From: Candidatus Velthaea sp.
GTDB lineage: Bacteria; Vulcanimicrobiota; Vulcanimicrobiia; Vulcanimicrobiales; Vulcanimicrobiaceae
Assembly (NCBI GenBank): GCA_050012475.1
Contig: JBEKHC010000006.1
Coordinates: 17,544 to 81,543 of the forward strand
Direction: 5' to 3'
Length of the DNA stretch: 64,000 nucleotides
The position numbers and the translations under genes were made by a program. Below the pieces are notes generated by a model, which worked only from the letters and a program-made list of their open reading frames with translations, ran no database searches and was not told the DNA's origin. Below are positions 1 to 9,703 of this stretch, piece after piece (position 1 is the stretch's first letter; every line of letters begins with the position of its first letter).

Positions 1-1651
1 GCACGGCAAGCAAAGCGCCGTTGCCCATTGCTTCGCTCAGTGCGGTGTTGAAGGTCGCGCGGTTCGGTAATCGGGTGAGCGGATCATGATCGGCAAGATA
101 GCGGATCCGCTCGTCGGCCCGCCGCCGGTCGAGGGCATGCGCGCGCTCGATGATCCGCTGGCGCACGACGCGCGCCGTGTCGGCATCGTGCTCCGACCAA
201 GGCAAACTTCGCCCGCGAATCGTTTCCTTGGTCAGTCGCAGCGGCGTGCGCGGACCCGGCGCGCCGTTCTCATCCATCGCGGCTGCACGCACGACACCGC
301 TCCACTCGACGACTTGGATCGTTTCTTGACGGAAACATAGGACATACTCATCGCACGAGCCCGAGAGCGCCAGCAAGAGCGCTCCGCCCGGCAAGTTCGC
401 ACCCAAGCTCGCCGGCGCAACGAAGTCCGCCAGACGATCGGTCGATGCGACACCGTTGTCGGCAATACGGAAAAGCTCGGCGGCGATCTGCCCCACGCCC
501 CGTTCGTCCGGCACGCTGCCGGCCCAGCGAAACGTTCCGGCGTGTCGCACGACGACCCCTTGCGCGCAGAACAAGTCGAACAGATCGTGGGCCGCTGCGA
601 TGAGGCCGACGCCGATGTCGTCATACGCGGCCAGATTGCGGCTATGCGATCCGACCAGCGCGCTCGTGCGAACCTTGGCCTCGAAGGTCCGGGCTTCCAT
701 TCGCGACGCAAGCTGCAGGGCCAACACGTCCGCCAGCAGCATGCAAAGCGCGCGCTTCGCGTAGTCGATGCGATACGGCTTGCGGTGGTGACACATGATG
801 AGGCCCCAAAGCCGGCGGCGGATGACGATCGAAATCGACATCGACGCACCAACGCCCAGGTTGCGCAAGTACTCACGGTGCACCGGCGAGACGCCGCGCA
901 ACATTGCCGGCGACAAGTCGACGACGCACTCGTCCGACAACGCCGGGGCGACGATCAGCGGAACCGGCACGGAGCCGACATCGGGGATGATCCGCAGCAC
1001 GCTTTTTGGGGAGAGCCGCGGCGCTTGCTCGGGGAGGTCGTCCGCTGGGAAGTGCAGGCCCAAGAAAGCCGCCGAAAGTTTTTCGCTGGTGACTTCCGCG
1101 ATGACTTCGCCATTGAAGGCAGGATCAAAACGATAGACCATGGCGCGATCGAACCCGGTGATCTTTTGAACGGTGGCGGCGCTGAGGCTTACCAATTCCG
1201 TGATCTCGAGCGTTCGTTCCATCCGCGCGAGCAGCATGCTCATTTGCGCATACGAATCGACCTGCGCGCCGCCGTCGTCCACACAGAGAACTTCGAGTTC
1301 GAGGATGACCGACGTCGCCGAGCGATGCGCGACGCACTCGAACCTGAGCGGCGTGCCGCCGGCGTCCCACTCGAATCGCAGCGGGTTGGCTGCGACGAGC
1401 TCACCTTGGCGAACGCCGGCTTCGAGACGGCTCCCCAGCGCGACACCGAAAATCGCGTTCAATCCCGCGCCGCACGCGGCCGCAGCAGGGATCCCAAGCA
1501 GTGGTTCGATGTTCGCGCTGACGTGAGTGACGGTGAAGGTCGTGGCAGCGAGCACGATGAGCACACCGTGCGGCTGAATACTGCACGGCATGAGGATCGG
1601 CTCTGTCGCGCAACGCGATCTCTCGTCGGGCGAGCGCGCCTGATCGGTCAT
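1..1651 (-). CDS. Bacteriophytochrome (PAS-GAF-PHY) fused to GGDEF domain; 3' end runs off the window
   Basis: Hand translation from ATG 1651: MTDQARSPDERSRCATEPILMPCSIQPHG (N-terminal Cys, EPI..P.SIQPHG); GAF GLHFPADDLPEQA and LRGVSPVHREYLRNLGV..SMSISI..RLWGLIMCHH; PHY FRQE..VEWSG..GRSLPW; then RIRYLADHDPLTRLPNR (GGDEF entry motif). Missing from the ORF track, consistent with no stop inside the window. Confidence 0.92.
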   Translation of the reverse strand, partial: MTDQARSPDERSRCATEPILMPCSIQPHGVLIVLAATTFTVTHVSANIEPLLGIPAAAACGAGLNAIFGVALGSRLEAGVRQGELVAANPLRFEWDAGGTPLRFECVAHRSATSVILELEVLCVDDGGAQVDSYAQMSMLLARMERTLEITELVSLSAATVQKITGFDRAMVYRFDPAFNGEVIAEVTSEKLSAAFLGLHFPADDLPEQAPRLSPKSVLRIIPDVGSVPVPLIVAPALSDECVVDLSPAMLRGVSPVHREYLRNLGVGASMSISIVIRRRLWGLIMCHHRKPYRIDYAKRALCMLLADVLALQLASRMEARTFEAKVRTSALVGSHSRNLAAYDDIGVGLIAAAHDLFDLFCAQGVVVRHAGTFRWAGSVPDERGVGQIAAELFRIADNGVASTDRLADFVAPASLGANLPGGALLLALSGSCDEYVLCFRQETIQVVEWSGVVRAAAMDENGAPGPRTPLRLTKETIRGRSLPWSEHDADTARVVRQRIIERAHALDRRRADERIRYLADHDPLTRLPNRATFNTALSEAMGNGALLAV

Positions 1652-1766
1652 CGACTATCGTTTTTTCCAGCTGCTCTGCATCGCAGCCCCGCCGCAGAGC
1701 GCGCCGCCGGCGGCCCTTGATTTGTAGACCCCGATAGTATTCGAAGTGTGCCTAGCCCCGACCCTT

Positions 1767-3284
1767 TTAGACGACGGCCGCCGGCGAGCGCTCGAGCGCC
1801 TCGGCGACGTGGCGGCGTTGGACCTTCCCGGTTGCGGTTTTCGGAATCTCGCTGGTGACATGAACGATGCTCGGCACTTTGAACGTCGCAAGACGCGTGC
1901 GAACGTGCGCGAGCACGTCCTCCGCCGTTACCCCCGGGCGCAGCACGAGCGCGGCCGCGACGGTCTCGCCATACTTTTCGTCCGGCGCGGCGTAGGCGAC
2001 GGCATCGATGACGCCCGGATGCGAAAGCAGCGCTTCGTCAACCTCGAGCGGTGAGATCTTCTCGCCGCCGCGGTTGATCGTTTCCTTGATCCGTCCCGCC
2101 AGCGTCAGATAGCCCTCCTCGTCGAGCATCCCACAATCGCCGGTGCGGAACCAGCCGTGAACGAACGCCTCGGCGTCGGCCTCCGGATTATTGTGATAGC
2201 CGGAGGCGACATTTCTTCCACGCACGACGACTTCGCCGACGACACCGGATCCGAGCAGATTGCCGGCCTCATCCATCGTCCGCACGTCGACGTTGGCGCC
2301 GATGCCCACCGAGCCCGGCCGGCGTTCGCCGTCGACCGGGAGCGGATTGGCGCACATCTGATGCGACGCTTCGGTCATCGAATATGCCTCGATGACCGGA
2401 ACGCCGAAGCGCGCTTCGAGCCGCAGCATCTCCGTCGGGGGCAGCGACGCGCTGCTGGAACGCATGAAACGCAGCGTGTGTTCCCCCGGCCCGGGCGCAC
2501 CGTCCGTGTCCGCCCGCAGCAGCAGCGTGCGGTAAATGGTTGGCACGGCGCTCACGATCGTCGCCCGGGCGCGCCGGACGTCGGGCCAGAAAGCCGATGC
2601 CGAGAAACGCTCGGGAACGATCTCGGTGGCACCCGCCAGCAGCGTCGCGAGCGTCGAGAAGACCAACCCGTGCACGTGGAACAGCGGCATCACGCACAGC
2701 GAGACGTCACGCGGCTCGATGTGGTACCAGCGCACGATGTTGCGCGCCGACGTGGTGAGGTTGGCATGGGTGAGCGGCACGCCTTTGGGGCGGCTCGTCG
2801 TGCCGCTGGTATGCAGGAACAGCGCGACGTCCTCGTCGAGCGGCGTCGCGACCGGCGCATCGAGGATCAAGGGGACGCCGTCGAGCACGAGCGTGTTTTG
2901 AATGTCGAGATTCAGCTCGATGATCGCGATGTTCAGCGCGGTTGCGGCTTCCCGCGCCAATGGCGCCGCGCCCGGCAAGACGATGAGCGCTTTGGGTGCG
3001 ATGTCCTCGAGATAAAACGCGTATTCGTCGCGCGTGTACGCCGGATTGAGCGGTGCGGCGACCGCGCGGGCGCAGGCGACCCCGAAGAATGTCAGCACGA
3101 TTCGGGGGCCGTTCGGCAGCGAGATGGCGACGCGGTCGCCGGGCGCGATGCCGCGGTCTTGCAGCGCACGCGCCAGCGCATCGACGTTGGCCCGCATGCG
3201 CGCGTAGGTGAGATCGATGCGGACGAGTTGCCGCAGTGCAAGCCGGTCGGACGCGCCGGTCTCGAGCAGTTCGCGTAATTGCAT
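1767..3284 (-). CDS. Acyl-CoA synthetase, oxalate-CoA ligase-like (AAE3/Pcs60 type)
   Basis: LHTSGTTSRPKGVPLTHANL, EAYSMTEASHQMCANPLP..RPGSVG, GWFRTGD, INRGGEKISP, PKTATGKVQR; ATG at 3284 overlaps the upstream stop (TGATG). Confidence 0.85.
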   Translation of the reverse strand: MQLRELLETGASDRLALRQLVRIDLTYARMRANVDALARALQDRGIAPGDRVAISLPNGPRIVLTFFGVACARAVAAPLNPAYTRDEYAFYLEDIAPKALIVLPGAAPLAREAATALNIAIIELNLDIQNTLVLDGVPLILDAPVATPLDEDVALFLHTSGTTSRPKGVPLTHANLTTSARNIVRWYHIEPRDVSLCVMPLFHVHGLVFSTLATLLAGATEIVPERFSASAFWPDVRRARATIVSAVPTIYRTLLLRADTDGAPGPGEHTLRFMRSSSASLPPTEMLRLEARFGVPVIEAYSMTEASHQMCANPLPVDGERRPGSVGIGANVDVRTMDEAGNLLGSGVVGEVVVRGRNVASGYHNNPEADAEAFVHGWFRTGDCGMLDEEGYLTLAGRIKETINRGGEKISPLEVDEALLSHPGVIDAVAYAAPDEKYGETVAAALVLRPGVTAEDVLAHVRTRLATFKVPSIVHVTSEIPKTATGKVQRRHVAEALERSPAAVV

Positions 3285-4561
3285 CAGTCGATCACCGAAG
3301 CCAGCCGCGCGTCGGCGGTCAGCCTCCCCGTGAGCGTCACCTGTGTTTGACGACGCAGCGGTTTGAGCGCGAAGACCGCCAGCAGCGCCGTAACGACATT
3401 GAAGGCGATGATGATCTCGAAGATCGCGTTCCACGAACCCGTCACCACCGTGACGTAACTCCCGATCGGCACCAGCAACGCAGCGACCCCCTTAGCGGTA
3501 TAGAGTAGGCCGTAGTTGATCGTCGCGAAACGACGGCCGAAGATGTCCGTGCAGACGGCCGGAAAGAGACTGTAGATCTCGCCGGCGGTAAAGAACGTCA
3601 GGCCCGAGAGGACGACGAACAAGGCGGCATCGTGGGCAACCGACAGCAGCGCGACGATCGCGATGGCCTGCAGCCCGAAGGCTACGGCCATCGTGTTCTC
3701 GCGTCCGATCCGATCCGAGATCGCACCGAACACCGGCCGGCTCAGACCGTTGAAGATGCGGTCCAGCGCGAGCGCGAACGGCAGCGCCGCCAGCGTGATG
3801 CCCAACAGCGAAACCGGTGTGTCGGCAATCTTGAAATCGGTGGCCATCACCGAAAGCTGGGCCGTGATCATCAGCCCGCCGGTCGCGATCATGACGAACA
3901 TGCCATAGAGTAGATAAAAAGCGGGCGTACGCAGTACGACTTTTGGGGGCGCTCCGGCATCGGCACGCGCCGGGATCCCCGGCGCATGGTCGTCGGCGAC
4001 GGCGACGGGCGGCTTGACGAGCAGCGCCGCGACGGCCACCACCACCAGCCCTTGGATCGCGCCGAACACGGTAAACGTCGCGTGATACCCGCTCGATTTG
4101 ATCATCTGCGCGATCGGAATGACCGTCAGCGCGGAACCGGCGCCGAATCCGCCGGCAGTGAGGCCCGCGGCAAAACCGCGCCGGTCGGGAAACCACTTCA
4201 CCGCATTGCCGATCGTCGCGCCGTAGATAATGCCGGCGCCGACCCCGCCCAAAACGGCGCCCAAATACAGGATCCCCAGGGTCGCCGCCTTGGCGTCGAT
4301 GAGCCAGGCGGCGCCGACTAGAATTCCGCCGAGTGCGACCATCGGACGCAGTCCGAACCGATCGATGAAGTAACCCTCGACGGGCACCAGCCAAGTTTCG
4401 GCGAGCACGAACAGGGTGAAGGCGAGTTGAATTGCACCCTTGGACCAGCCATGATGTTCGGCCGCCAGCGGGGGAACGAAAAGCGTCCAGCCGTACTGGA
4501 GGTTGGCGACCATGACCATGGCGAGGATGCCCAGCGCGAGCTGGACCCACCGATTCTTCAA
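3284..4561 (-). CDS. oxlT: Oxalate/formate antiporter-like MFS transporter (OFA family)
   Basis: NRWVQL..MVANLQYGWTLF N-terminus, KWFPDRRG, NGLSRPVFG and NYGLLYTAKG matching the OxlT substrate-binding Arg/Lys contexts; TTG start at 4561 after GGAGG. Confidence 0.8.
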   Translation of the reverse strand: MKNRWVQLALGILAMVMVANLQYGWTLFVPPLAAEHHGWSKGAIQLAFTLFVLAETWLVPVEGYFIDRFGLRPMVALGGILVGAAWLIDAKAATLGILYLGAVLGGVGAGIIYGATIGNAVKWFPDRRGFAAGLTAGGFGAGSALTVIPIAQMIKSSGYHATFTVFGAIQGLVVVAVAALLVKPPVAVADDHAPGIPARADAGAPPKVVLRTPAFYLLYGMFVMIATGGLMITAQLSVMATDFKIADTPVSLLGITLAALPFALALDRIFNGLSRPVFGAISDRIGRENTMAVAFGLQAIAIVALLSVAHDAALFVVLSGLTFFTAGEIYSLFPAVCTDIFGRRFATINYGLLYTAKGVAALLVPIGSYVTVVTGSWNAIFEIIIAFNVVTALLAVFALKPLRRQTQVTLTGRLTADARLASVID

Positions 4562-4585
4562 ACCAATCCTCCGCAAGGAGCCCTT

Positions 4586-5563
4586 TTGAAACTTGCCGTT
4601 GTCGGTGCTGGGGCGATTGGCGCCTACGTCGGGGCGGCCCTGGCCCGGGGGGGAGCCGACGTCACGCTGGTCGCCCGCGGCCCGCACCTGCAGGCGTTAC
4701 GCGCGCACGGTGTGCGGGTGCACAGCGAACGCGGTGACTTTGCCGCGCATCCGAAGGCCGTCGAACGGATCGCCGAGGTAGGCCGCGTCGACGCGGTGAT
4801 CTTGGCGCTCAAGGCGCATCAGCTCGGCGACGTCCTCGCCGGGCTGCCCGCGCTCTTTCACGAACGGACGATGGTCGTCGGGATGCAGAACGGGCTGCCC
4901 TGGTGGTATTTTCAGCGTCACGGAGGCCCGTACGACGGCATGATTCTCGAGAGCGTCGATCCCGGCGGGCGGATCTCCGCAGTGATCGACGCCCGCCGCG
5001 TGATCGGCTGCGTGGTCTATGCGGCGACCGAAATCGCGTCGCCGGGCGTGATCCGCCACGTGGAGGGGACCCGCTTTTCGCTGGGCGAGCCGGATCGCAC
5101 GATCTCCGAACGCAGCCGCGAACTCGCCGCGGCCTTCGTCGCCGGCGGCCTCAAGGCGCCGGTTGAACGCGAGATTCGCGCCGAAATCTGGCTCAAGCTG
5201 TTGGGAAACGCGTCCTTCAATCCGCTCAGCGCGCTCACGCGCGCCACGCTGGTCGAGTTGACCGACGACCCGTTCGTCGAACCGCTGGTCCGCGAAATGA
5301 TGGTCGAATGCGTCGCGCTGGCAAACGCGCTGGGCGTGACGCTCGACATCACGATCGAGCGCCGCATCGACGGGGCGCGCCGGGTCGGCGCCCACAAAAC
5401 GTCGATGCTGCAAGACCTCGAGGCGCGCAAGCCGCTCGAAACCGAAGCCCTCGTCGGCTGCATCGTCGAACTAGGGACGAAGCTGGGCATCCCCGTGCCG
5501 GCGACCCGCCACGTGTACGCGCTCACCAAACTGCTGGAGCGTTCGATCCGCGCTGGACGTTGA
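4586..5563 (+). CDS. 2-dehydropantoate 2-reductase (PanE/ApbA) family; candidate oxalyl-CoA reductase
   Basis: MKLAVVGAGAIG, MQNGLPWWYF, IWLKLLGNASFNP, HKTSMLQDLE; TTG at 4586 after AAGGAG. Confidence 0.85.
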   Translation: MKLAVVGAGAIGAYVGAALARGGADVTLVARGPHLQALRAHGVRVHSERGDFAAHPKAVERIAEVGRVDAVILALKAHQLGDVLAGLPALFHERTMVVGMQNGLPWWYFQRHGGPYDGMILESVDPGGRISAVIDARRVIGCVVYAATEIASPGVIRHVEGTRFSLGEPDRTISERSRELAAAFVAGGLKAPVEREIRAEIWLKLLGNASFNPLSALTRATLVELTDDPFVEPLVREMMVECVALANALGVTLDITIERRIDGARRVGAHKTSMLQDLEARKPLETEALVGCIVELGTKLGIPVPATRHVYALTKLLERSIRAGR

Positions 5564-5808
5564 GCCGCGGATTACTTTGCGGGCAGGACGATCGCGGTGA
5601 GCTGATGCGAGTCGTCGTGCGCGACGACATAACGGAACAGCGTGTCGACGGCCACGCAGCTCTTGGCCGCCGGCGCAAACGCTGCAGCCGACACCGCGCT
5701 ATCTCGCAAACAACGCGAGGCTGACCTTCTTGTTCCATCATATCGAGCGATAAATAAGACGTATCGACCGCATCGATGCGCAGCCGGACATGCTTTTTCG
5801 GGTAGGTT

Positions 5809-6915
5809 CTACGACGTTGCCCGGCGGGCAAACCGGACGCTGGCCGCGACCAGCAGCAGGGTCGCCAAGGCCAGCATCGCGAGGACCGGCTGCCACAGTT
5901 CGCCCAGGCCCGCGCCGCGCAAAACGATCCCGCGCAAGATCTCCAAAAAATACGTCAACGGGATCACGTCGCCCAACCACTGCATCACCGGCGGCATGAG
6001 CGGCCGTTCGAAAAAGAAACCGGAAAGCAGAATCGACGGCAGCGTCAGCGCGAAGACCCCGAGCATCGCTTGGACTTGCGTTTCGGCTATGGTCGAGACC
6101 AACAGGCCCATGCCCAGCGCCGCGGCCAGAAAGCCGACCGCCAGCAGCAACAACAGCGGAATGCTGCCTGCGATGGGGACGCGGAAGACCACGTTCATCG
6201 CCAAGAGCGCCAGCAGAAAATCCACGAAGCCGATCACCGCATAGGGCGTGATCTTTCCCAGCATGAGACCGAGCGCGCCGATGGGCGTGACCATCAGCTG
6301 ATCGAGCGTGCCGCGTTCGCGCTCGCCCACGATCGAGAGTGCGGTGAGAAACATCGTGATGAGCTGCATGATGACGCCGATGAGACCCGGGACGAGAAAG
6401 TTTGCGCTGCGCAGAGCCGGGTTGAACAAGACCCGCGGCCGCACGTCGAGGATCGCCGGCGGCATCCCGCTCAACGCGCCGCCAATCGCCGTCGCTGCCG
6501 CATAAGCGGGCTGCGCGACCGTCGAATCGGAGCCATCGATGAGCGCCTGTACTTGGGCGGGATGACGCGCGTCGAGATCCGCGGTGAAGTTGGGCGGGAT
6601 GTCGAACGCGACGCGGCAGGTGCCCGAGACGATCAGTTGCTCGAGTTGCGCACGCGACGCCGCAACGTCGCTCACGTCGAAGATCTTCGAACCCCGCAGC
6701 GCATCGATGAATGCGACCGAACGCGTTCCGCGATCTTCGTTGAAAACGGCGGTGCGGATATGTTCGACTTTGGTATTGATGGCGTACCCGAAAATGATCA
6801 ACTGCACGACGGGCAGCATGAACGAGATGATCAGCGTCAGCCGGTCGCGCATGACGTGGCGACCTTCTTTGTACAGGACGGCGCGAAAGCCGCCGGTATC
6901 GAAGGGGTTGCGCAT
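5809..6915 (-). CDS. ABC-2 type exporter permease (YbhS/YbhR-like)
   Basis: KEGRHVMRD..QLIIFGYAIN, FNPALRSANFLVPGL, ERERGTLDQLMVTP, LLSGFFF..MP. Confidence 0.88.
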   Translation of the reverse strand: MRNPFDTGGFRAVLYKEGRHVMRDRLTLIISFMLPVVQLIIFGYAINTKVEHIRTAVFNEDRGTRSVAFIDALRGSKIFDVSDVAASRAQLEQLIVSGTCRVAFDIPPNFTADLDARHPAQVQALIDGSDSTVAQPAYAAATAIGGALSGMPPAILDVRPRVLFNPALRSANFLVPGLIGVIMQLITMFLTALSIVGERERGTLDQLMVTPIGALGLMLGKITPYAVIGFVDFLLALLAMNVVFRVPIAGSIPLLLLLAVGFLAAALGMGLLVSTIAETQVQAMLGVFALTLPSILLSGFFFERPLMPPVMQWLGDVIPLTYFLEILRGIVLRGAGLGELWQPVLAMLALATLLLVAASVRFARRATS

Positions 6916-7853
6916 CAGGTTTTGCGGTGCGCGCGCGTGAGCGCGACGAAGACGTCTTCGAGCGTCGGCTCGATGTCTTGCACGGATTCAACGGGGACGT
7001 GAAGATCGCCGGCCAGCCGTTCGCGCGTTGTGGTGTCGTCGACGAGCACGTGCAGCTCCTGACCGAATATCGTCGCATCGCGAACATACGCGATCTGCCG
7101 TGCTTCGCCGAGCGCCTGCACGACGTCGCGGCAATGGGCTTGATAGCGGCGCGTCGCGGCGGGCGAGACCTCGGGCCGCGCCCGCAGCTCGTCACGCGAA
7201 CCGGCGGCGACGAGCTGACCGTCCAAGATATAGCCGACCCGGTTGCAGCGTTCGGCTTCATCCATGTAGTGCGTCGTGACGAACAGCGCAACCCCGCCGC
7301 GGCTGAGCGCGAAGAGCAAATCCCAGAGCTCGCGGCGCGCCACCGGATCGATCCCGGCCGTCGGCTCATCGAGAAACACCACGCGCGGTTCGTGCAGCAG
7401 GGCGCCGGCAAGCGCCAAGCGCTGCTTCCAACCCCCCGAGAGCGTGGCTGCGAGTTGGTCGCGGTACGGCTCGAGTGCCGAGAAGGCAACGAGTTCTTCG
7501 ATGCGCTGCGCGCGTTTGGCCGTCGAAAGACCGTAGGCGCGGCCATAGAACTGTAAGTTCTCGAACACCGTGAGATCGCCGTAGAGCGCAAACGATTGCG
7601 ACATGTAGCCGATCGAGCGGCGGACGTCGTCGCCCTGAGCTTCGATATCGAAGCCGCAGACGCTCGCCGTTCCGGATGTCGGCTGAACCAGACCGCACAG
7701 CATCTTTATCGTGGTCGACTTGCCGCTGCCGTTCGGCCCCAGAAAACCGAAGATCTCGCCTTCGCGGACGGCCAGTGAAAGCGCGTCGACCACGACCTTC
7801 GAGCCGTACTGTTTTTTGAGCGCGCGCGTTTCGATCGCGATCCGATCGATCAC
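6915..7853 (-). CDS. ABC exporter ATP-binding protein (YbhF-like)
   Basis: Walker A GPNGSGKST, LSGGWKQR signature, Walker B FLDEPT, TTHYMDEA. Confidence 0.92.
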   Translation of the reverse strand: MIDRIAIETRALKKQYGSKVVVDALSLAVREGEIFGFLGPNGSGKSTTIKMLCGLVQPTSGTASVCGFDIEAQGDDVRRSIGYMSQSFALYGDLTVFENLQFYGRAYGLSTAKRAQRIEELVAFSALEPYRDQLAATLSGGWKQRLALAGALLHEPRVVFLDEPTAGIDPVARRELWDLLFALSRGGVALFVTTHYMDEAERCNRVGYILDGQLVAAGSRDELRARPEVSPAATRRYQAHCRDVVQALGEARQIAYVRDATIFGQELHVLVDDTTTRERLAGDLHVPVESVQDIEPTLEDVFVALTRAHRKT

Positions 7854-8962
7854 GGCAGCGCGACCGCCGCCGTCGTTCCGCCGTGTACGCGGCCGGCGCG
7901 GTCGTGGATGCGCACTTTCACGCCGAAGGCCAACGTAGCGCGATCTTCCGCGGTCTGCACGCTTTGCGGCGTGAACTGCGCTTGTTCGTCGATTTGCTCG
8001 ATCGTGCCCGCGAGCTTCACGCCGGGTTGCGAATCGGGATAGACCGCGACGTCGGCGCCGACGTTCGCGCGCGCGAGCAGCGACTGCGGAACGAAGATGC
8101 GCACGAACGGTTCACCGTCTTCGTCGATCGTGGCGACGGCGGCACCCGGCGCGACGAGGTCGCCGACGTGCAGGTTCAGCGCGCTCACGATACCGTCGGC
8201 GGGAGCGCGAACTTCGGTGTCGTTCAAGCGCGCCCGGGCGTTTGCGACACCGCTGTTCCCCGCGGCAAGCGTCGCTGCAGCCTGGCGAATTGCGTCGGGC
8301 CGTGCGCCTGCCGCCAGCGAGCGATACGCGTTTTGCGATGCATCGAACGAGGCCTTGGCGGCCGCGGTATCGCGCGGCAGCGTCACGTTTTGGGCCTGCT
8401 CGAGTTCCCGCTCGGCGTTGCGCACGCCGGCGCGAGCGGCATCGGCCTGCGCGCTCGTGCGCACGGCCCGCGCGACCGCCGCGTCGCGTTGTTGTGCCGA
8501 AACGTCCCCGGTGACGAACAGCGCGCGCGTCCGCACGGCATCCCGGCGCGCTTGTTCGCCGTCGGCGAGCACGTCGGCGAGTTGCGCCCGCGCCTGGGCG
8601 AGGTCTCCGCGCAGAATGCTTATCTGACGGGCTTGCGAAAGGCGCGTGCGCTCGAACGTTTCGCGGGCTTCGCGAGCTTGATCGTTGGCGCGGGCAAGAT
8701 CTTCGGCGCGGGTGCCGGCGCGCAGATCCGCGAGCGCGGCTGCCGCCGCAGACGCCTGCTGCCGCGCCGCTTCGAGCGCCGCCCGCTCTTGCGCGTCATC
8801 GAATCGGACCACCAGTTGGCCGCGGCGCACCCGCCGGCCGTCCTGCACCGCTACCAACGTGACCCGGCCGCCGATCGGGCTCCCGACGGCGGCACTTTCC
8901 GCCTGAACGGTTCCGCTGAAGAGATCGCCGTTCGCGCGCGCACAGGCGGCAAGCCCGAGCAA
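7850..8962 (-). CDS. HlyD-family membrane fusion protein (YbhG-like); start uncertain
   Basis: SGTVQA..VGSPIGGRV, long Ala-rich coiled coil, VRAPADGIV, AQFTPQSVQTAEDR..FGVKV; GTGA overlap with the ATPase gene. Confidence 0.85.
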   Translation of the reverse strand: MLGLAACARANGDLFSGTVQAESAAVGSPIGGRVTLVAVQDGRRVRRGQLVVRFDDAQERAALEAARQQASAAAAALADLRAGTRAEDLARANDQAREARETFERTRLSQARQISILRGDLAQARAQLADVLADGEQARRDAVRTRALFVTGDVSAQQRDAAVARAVRTSAQADAARAGVRNAERELEQAQNVTLPRDTAAAKASFDASQNAYRSLAAGARPDAIRQAAATLAAGNSGVANARARLNDTEVRAPADGIVSALNLHVGDLVAPGAAVATIDEDGEPFVRIFVPQSLLARANVGADVAVYPDSQPGVKLAGTIEQIDEQAQFTPQSVQTAEDRATLAFGVKVRIHDRAGRVHGGTTAAVALP

Positions 8963-9094
8963 TGCGCCCAGGCTGATACGTGCGAGGTTCGAGAGCGTTC
9001 GGGTTCGCCGCGGCTTGTACGTAAGTGGTCGTTTCCTTGCCGATGTCCTTAGCTTGGAACGCAGCGTCGACCTCGATGGCCCGCCGGCGTCAGC

Positions 9095-9703
9095 TCACCA
9101 GCGAATTTCAAACGTGCAGCTCGGCGCGCCGCGTGCCTCGCAGTCCACCTCGACGGCCCGGGCCCGGGCCGTCACCAGCGCGCGGAACAGCCCCTCGAAC
9201 GACGCGGCGTAGTAGCTGCACGCCGGGGCCTGCGCCCGCGAGCCGCGACAAACGGGGCACCCTTCGATCGCGATCCGCGGCGGACGGCCGCCGCGGACGC
9301 GCACCGCCCCGCTGCCGGCGAACGTCCAGGTATGCTTGGTGATCGATGCAAGCAAAATGGGCGCGACCAAACGCGGCGGCAGCAGCCGCAACAGCGTCTG
9401 GGCCGGGCGCGGGATGCGATTGGCCAGCACGTAGTCGGCAGTTTTGTAGCCCGCGAGCCGCGCCACGAGGTCCGCGTCGATTCCGTCGAGCCGCAGCCGG
9501 ACGACGCGATAAAGCTCGCTGACGTCGGCTTCGGGAACCATCGTCGAAGGCACGGCGACGCCGTACTCACCCAACCCGGCGGCGTGCAACAACTCGCCCG
9601 TTGCGGAAGCCCCGATGCGCTCCCGCAACGCTGCGAGGGTCTGGATAATCGCGTTGGGCCCGATGCGTGCCGATTCGGCGGCAACCGCCGGCCGCGTCAC
9701 CAC
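9095..9703 (-). CDS. bchJ: BchJ (V4R domain, bacteriochlorophyll biosynthesis)
   Basis: ARIGPNAIIQ, AGYKTADYVLANRIP, KHTWTFAGSG, CSYYAASFEGLFRALV..EVDCEARG..CTFEI; abuts the bchE stop. Confidence 0.92.
   Translation of the reverse strand: MVTRPAVAAESARIGPNAIIQTLAALRERIGASATGELLHAAGLGEYGVAVPSTMVPEADVSELYRVVRLRLDGIDADLVARLAGYKTADYVLANRIPRPAQTLLRLLPPRLVAPILLASITKHTWTFAGSGAVRVRGGRPPRIAIEGCPVCRGSRAQAPACSYYAASFEGLFRALVTARARAVEVDCEARGAPSCTFEIRW

Noticed and set aside
5564..5808. Possible small gene or gene remnant on the minus strand (..VDTLFRYVVAHDDSHQLTAIVLPAK)
   Set aside because: No convincing start or RBS and no recognisable family.
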